Source: Candidatus Altimarinota bacterium (GTDB lineage: Bacteria; Patescibacteriota; Gracilibacteria; JBDHUY01). Taken from it: DNA of 64,000 bases. The DNA is taken from contig JBDHUY010000006.1 of assembly GCA_039809385.1 (NCBI GenBank), positions 1-64,000 of the forward strand, in the 5' to 3' direction. The notes below the pieces were generated by a model. It worked only from the letters and a program-made list of their open reading frames with translations. It was not told where the DNA came from and ran no database searches. Positions 60,088-64,000 of the stretch are shown piece after piece. Position 1 is the first letter of the stretch. The number at the start of each line of letters is the position of its first letter. The position numbers were made by a program, and so were the translations under genes.

Positions 60088-60229
60088 AGATTCGACGGTA
60101 AGAATCTAAAAAGGAAAGAATAATACAATAAATATACAAAATGTCAATGTATTTTACAGAGCCGTAGCAAAGAGGGATAGAAGAGACAAAGATTGTTGCT
60201 ATAATAGGCCTGTTTTTTTGTAATTACTT

Positions 60230-61252
60230 ATGCGCTTACTGGTAACCGGCGGGGCCGGATTCATCGGTTCGAATTTTATCCGATATTGGCTTCGCTCGCA
60301 CGAGCAAGATGCTGTGATCAACCTCGATGCGCTAACGTATGCCGGAAATTTGGAAAATCTGCGGGATATCGAGCATTCACAAAATGAGAGGTATCAATTT
60401 GTTCAAGCCGATATTACTGACGAAAAGAGTATAACAAAAATCATAGGAAGCGAAAAACCTGACTGCATCGTCAATTTCGCAGCGGAGTCGCATAACAGCC
60501 TGGCTATTGTCAACCCGGGCGCTTTTTTTCGTACTAACGTGTTGGGAACCCAAACGTTACTGGAAGCTGCGCGTCAAAACAACATTTCGCGTTTTCATCA
60601 TATATCGACCTGTGAGGTGTATGGCGACCTGGATCTGGAGACAACCGAACGATTCAGCGAAACCTCACCCTACCGCCCCCGCACGCCGTATAACGCCTCC
60701 AAAGCCGGAGCGGATATGGCGGTGAGAGCCTATTTCGAAACCTTTGGACTCCCGGTCACTATTTCGAACTGCTGTAACAACTACGGCCCCTATCAATTTC
60801 CCGAAAAGGTCATTCCGCTGTTTATTACCAACATTTTGTCCGGCGAAAAACTCCCGGTTTATCAGAGCAGTCAGAACCGACGCGAATGGATACAGGTAGA
60901 TGATCATTGTCGAGCGATCGATCTTATTTTGCACCAAGGCAAACTCGGTGAAACGTACAATATCGGTACCGGCATCGAGAAAAGCGTGGAAGAGATCGCC
61001 GCGCTGATTTTAAGCGCGCTGGAAAAAGATGAGAATTGGAAAATCTACGTCCCCGACCGGCCCGGACACGACCGTCGCTATCTGCTCGACAGCTCCAAAA
61101 TCAAGCAAGAACTCGGCTGGCAACCGGAGATACCTTTTAACGAAGGCATACAAGCTACAATTCAATGGTATCAAGAACATCCGGAGTGGTGGCAACCCTT
61201 AAGAGCGAAACGACTCGTACAAGAGGCACAATGGAAAAATACCAATAACTAA
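60230..61252 (+). CDS. rfbB: dTDP-glucose 4,6-dehydratase
   Basis: TGGAGFIGSN, LTYAGN, AAESH, YNASKA, DRPGHDRRY. Confidence 0.96.
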   Translation: MRLLVTGGAGFIGSNFIRYWLRSHEQDAVINLDALTYAGNLENLRDIEHSQNERYQFVQADITDEKSITKIIGSEKPDCIVNFAAESHNSLAIVNPGAFFRTNVLGTQTLLEAARQNNISRFHHISTCEVYGDLDLETTERFSETSPYRPRTPYNASKAGADMAVRAYFETFGLPVTISNCCNNYGPYQFPEKVIPLFITNILSGEKLPVYQSSQNRREWIQVDDHCRAIDLILHQGKLGETYNIGTGIEKSVEEIAALILSALEKDENWKIYVPDRPGHDRRYLLDSSKIKQELGWQPEIPFNEGIQATIQWYQEHPEWWQPLRAKRLVQEAQWKNTNN

Positions 61253-61262
61253 TTAATATTTT

Positions 61263-61562
61263 ATGGAAAGTATTCTCCATGCTGTCACATTTTTTGTCAT
61301 ATATTTCTTCCTGTTTCCCGGGTTTTCGATCGGAAGCGTGGTTCCCTGTGAGTGGACTACGAATGATACTTTCGTTTTAAGCGTAGTTCTATCGTATTAT
61401 TTATTTTTGATTGGTATTGGTATCCTCCTCTCTAAAAAGCACAAAAAGAAGAAAACCAATATCTGGCTTGTATTGACCATAACGCATTTGATCTTTTTCA
61501 TTATAGGGATACCGTTAACATTTATGGCTTTCCGTTGTGTAAAACTGAGTATCATCTGGTAG
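61263..61562 (+). CDS. Small 3-TM membrane protein
   Basis: FLFPGF...C; THLIFFIIGIPL; paralog of 61667. Confidence 0.6.
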   Translation: MESILHAVTFFVIYFFLFPGFSIGSVVPCEWTTNDTFVLSVVLSYYLFLIGIGILLSKKHKKKKTNIWLVLTITHLIFFIIGIPLTFMAFRCVKLSIIW

Positions 61563-61666
61563 CAAAAACAAAGCACACGTTACCGCACGTATCACTGTCA
61601 ATTTAATGCAAGATACCTGCCTGCTCGACAATACACTGCCAATACTATTCCTTTCCTTTTAGTTCT

Positions 61667-61930
61667 ATGGAAGCATTGTTACGCAGCCTTTTTTTATTCC
61701 CGGGGTTCATACCAGCATTCTTTTTTTCCTGTTCGGCTTTTAGATCTGATACGTTTAATCCAAGTATGCTAGTTTATTATATCTCGCTAACAGCCGGAGG
61801 GCTGATTGCAGTGATTTTTTTTAAAAAGAATCCCGGGAAAATATTGAAATACCTGCTTTTTTTCCACATAACTACCTTTATGGTGCTGATAATACCCCTA
61901 TTGTTTATCGCACTCTCCTGTTTGTCGTAA
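61667..61930 (+). CDS. Small 3-TM membrane protein
   Basis: FLFPGF...C; FHITTFMVLIIPL; paralog of 61263. Confidence 0.6.
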   Translation: MEALLRSLFLFPGFIPAFFFSCSAFRSDTFNPSMLVYYISLTAGGLIAVIFFKKNPGKILKYLLFFHITTFMVLIIPLLFIALSCLS

Positions 61931-62010
61931 TATCTCTTTTACTCCTGTTATCGTCAGCCCTTTTTACGGCGTCAGCATTATATGGATCGCGTTTTATTAT
62001 TCTCACTCCC

Positions 62011-62562
62011 ATGCATGTAACCAAAACAGCTATCGAGGACGTATTGCTTCTGACACCCCGGATATTCCAGGACGAACGCGGCTATCTGTTTGAAACCTTT
62101 CAGCAACAAACATTTGCGCATGACACAGGAACGGATTACAGCTTTGTCCAGGACAATCAGGTATTTTCAAAGCAATATGTACTACGCGGCCTGCATTACC
62201 AGATACAAAACCCGCAGGGGAAGCTGATCCACGCCATACAGGGGGAGATATTTGACGTAGCCGTCGATATGAGAACTTCAAGTAAAACATTTGGGCAATT
62301 CATAACGGTAACATTATCCGATAAAAATAAGGATCATTTGTTTATTCCGCCCGGTTTTGCGCACGGATTTCTGGTTTTGTCTCCCGAAGCCACGATTATC
62401 TACAAGATGACCGAGTATTGGAAGCCCGAGTATGAACGGACCCTCACGTGGGATGATCCAGATCTGGCGATTCCATGGCCGCTAGGAAATGAAAGTCTGC
62501 CTGTTTTATCAACGAAAGACCGCGCAGGAACGTCCTGGCACGACGCTGAAAAATTTATCTAA
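62011..62562 (+). CDS. rfbC: dTDP-4-dehydrorhamnose 3,5-epimerase
   Basis: DERG, VLRGLHYQ, DVAVD.R, GFAHGF. Confidence 0.96.
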   Translation: MHVTKTAIEDVLLLTPRIFQDERGYLFETFQQQTFAHDTGTDYSFVQDNQVFSKQYVLRGLHYQIQNPQGKLIHAIQGEIFDVAVDMRTSSKTFGQFITVTLSDKNKDHLFIPPGFAHGFLVLSPEATIIYKMTEYWKPEYERTLTWDDPDLAIPWPLGNESLPVLSTKDRAGTSWHDAEKFI

Positions 62563-62579
62563 CCCTCCACACCAAAACC

Positions 62580-63422
62580 ATGTCAAAAAAGAAAGTTTTC
62601 TTGTTCGGCGCCCGGGGGATGCTGGGACAGGCAGTCCGGGAGCAATTCGAACAGCTGTTCGATCTGACCGGATATGCGCATGCAGCATTGGACATCAACG
62701 ATGAACCTGCTGTCTGGAAAGCTGTGGAAGAAAAAAATCCTGAGATTCTGATCAATTGCGCCGGGTATACCAATGTCGACCAGTGCGAAGCGTCTCCGGA
62801 GGTGGCATTTCAAGTAAACGGACTGGCTTTAAAAGCGGTCTCACAGGCCGCCAGGCATGTCGGAGCAAAGTTGATTCACATCTCTACCGATTACGTATTT
62901 GACGGTTCTGACGAGGCGTATGACGAGATCGCAGTAAAAAATCCGTTATCTGTATACGGACAATCGAAAAGCGTCGGAGAAGATCTGCTACTGGAAACAT
63001 ACCCCGAAGGAAGCTATATTCTGCGAACCGCCTGGCTGTTTGGACCTGGAGGCAAGAACTTCGTAAATACCATGCTGGACCTGGCAGCTAAAGGCGAACC
63101 GGTGCGGGCGGTGACCGATCAAGTGGGATCTCCTACATACACGGTCGACCTGGCAGCCATGATAAGACTTCTGATAGAGAGCGATCGTCCCGCCGGTATA
63201 TACCATGTCACCAATACCGGTTACTGCAACTGGCTGGAGTTCGCAACATATATTTTTCAGACCTATAATCCGGCCCAACTCATCACTCCGGTTACCTGGT
63301 CCGACCTGAAGCGCCCGGCACAGCGCCCCTCACGGGTAATCCTACAGAACACAAAACTACCTCCGTTACGCCCTTGGCAGGATGCCCTCGGAGACTATTT
63401 AGCAAAAATACAGACCGCCTAA
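62580..63422 (+). CDS. rfbD: dTDP-4-dehydrorhamnose reductase
   Basis: GARGMLG, ISTDYVFDG, YGQSK, DQVGSPT. Confidence 0.96.
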   Translation: MSKKKVFLFGARGMLGQAVREQFEQLFDLTGYAHAALDINDEPAVWKAVEEKNPEILINCAGYTNVDQCEASPEVAFQVNGLALKAVSQAARHVGAKLIHISTDYVFDGSDEAYDEIAVKNPLSVYGQSKSVGEDLLLETYPEGSYILRTAWLFGPGGKNFVNTMLDLAAKGEPVRAVTDQVGSPTYTVDLAAMIRLLIESDRPAGIYHVTNTGYCNWLEFATYIFQTYNPAQLITPVTWSDLKRPAQRPSRVILQNTKLPPLRPWQDALGDYLAKIQTA

Positions 63423-63502
63423 GCGCTTTCCGATTGACCGGAATCGCGTTTACGGGTAAGATATTCTGCGCACGAAGTATATTTCCTTACTTTCACACCT
63501 TT

Positions 63503-64000
63503 ATAAAACAGCTACGTATTAACCAGCAGATCCGGCAACCATCGGTAACGTTGGTCGAAGAATCGGGCGAAATACGCACAATTTCTCTGGAAGAAGCTCT
63601 AAGCAGTGCCGAAAGCCAGGGGCTAGATCTGGTAGAAGTAGACGGAACCAAAACGCCGCCAATCGTAAAAATCATGGATTATGGCAAGTTTCTGTATAAG
63701 CAGCGCAAACTCGAAACCAAGAATAAAAAAATGCAGAAACAGGTCGAGGTAAAAAGCGTACGGATCGGATTTGGAACCGGCGAGCACGATTTGGTGGTCA
63801 AGGAAAAACAGATCCACCGCTTTATCGAGAAACGTAACCAGGTACGCGTATTTCTGGTCATGAAAGGGCGCGAGATGAGCCATCTGGATCTGGCCAAGGA
63901 GAAACTGCGCGATTTTTCCCAAAGGTTCGAAGATATCTGCAAAATCGAGATTGAGAATACGAAACAGAACAACAAACTTGCCGTTTTGCTCACCCCGCTC
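63503..64000 (+). CDS. infC: Translation initiation factor IF-3 (partial), non-canonical start
   Basis: Not in the ORF track. ATA AAA CAG CTA CGT ATT AAC gives (M)KQLRINQQIR...GLDLVEV..PPIVKIMDYGKF..KGRE. Confidence 0.93.
   Translation, partial: MKQLRINQQIRQPSVTLVEESGEIRTISLEEALSSAESQGLDLVEVDGTKTPPIVKIMDYGKFLYKQRKLETKNKKMQKQVEVKSVRIGFGTGEHDLVVKEKQIHRFIEKRNQVRVFLVMKGREMSHLDLAKEKLRDFSQRFEDICKIEIENTKQNNKLAVLLTPL

Noticed and set aside
1-64000. Genetic code 25 (UGA=Gly) as in Gracilibacteria/Absconditabacteria
   Set aside because: Conserved genes are full length under code 11 and several end at TGA in the expected position (rrf2, DUF559, livK-like).

Overview
Bacterial chromosomal segment read with genetic code 11 (TGA is used as a stop). 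Gene content suggests Patescibacteria/CPR, probably Peregrinibacteria-like; this is an inference from the expanded TrmB and Cys-rich paralog families, the SLH protein and the scarcity of Shine-Dalgarno motifs. Housekeeping genes: livM, livH, two livK-like, nfo, dnaA, a DHH phosphoesterase, rny, pth, a nucleotide-sanitising cluster, an interrupted suf operon (rrf2-sufC-sufB-sufD-sufS-sufU), serS, yebC, hrcA, long RelA/SpoT, rfbB/C/D and infC. The main non-routine signal is intergenic. (i) Two four-helix-bundle (TIGR02436/Avd-like) genes are each enclosed by inverted arrays of degenerate 7-mers, and many gene-less copies of this architecture occur, often ending just before a start codon. (ii) Two near-identical DUF559 nuclease cassettes with hairpin-rich inverted ends flank sufC. 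(iii) A GTAG-REP palindrome and a GTCAT-type MITE-like element are present. Also notable: a probable 6S RNA upstream of rny, a second unexplained structured RNA, an AT-rich TrmB/HD-hydrolase/EgtD-like island, a circularly permuted HAD, an MGMT-2H phosphoesterase fusion, and C-rich motifs in place of SD sequences. No rRNA, tRNA, CRISPR array, integrase, transposase or reverse transcriptase was recognised. All calls come from reading the sequence by eye; no searches were run.
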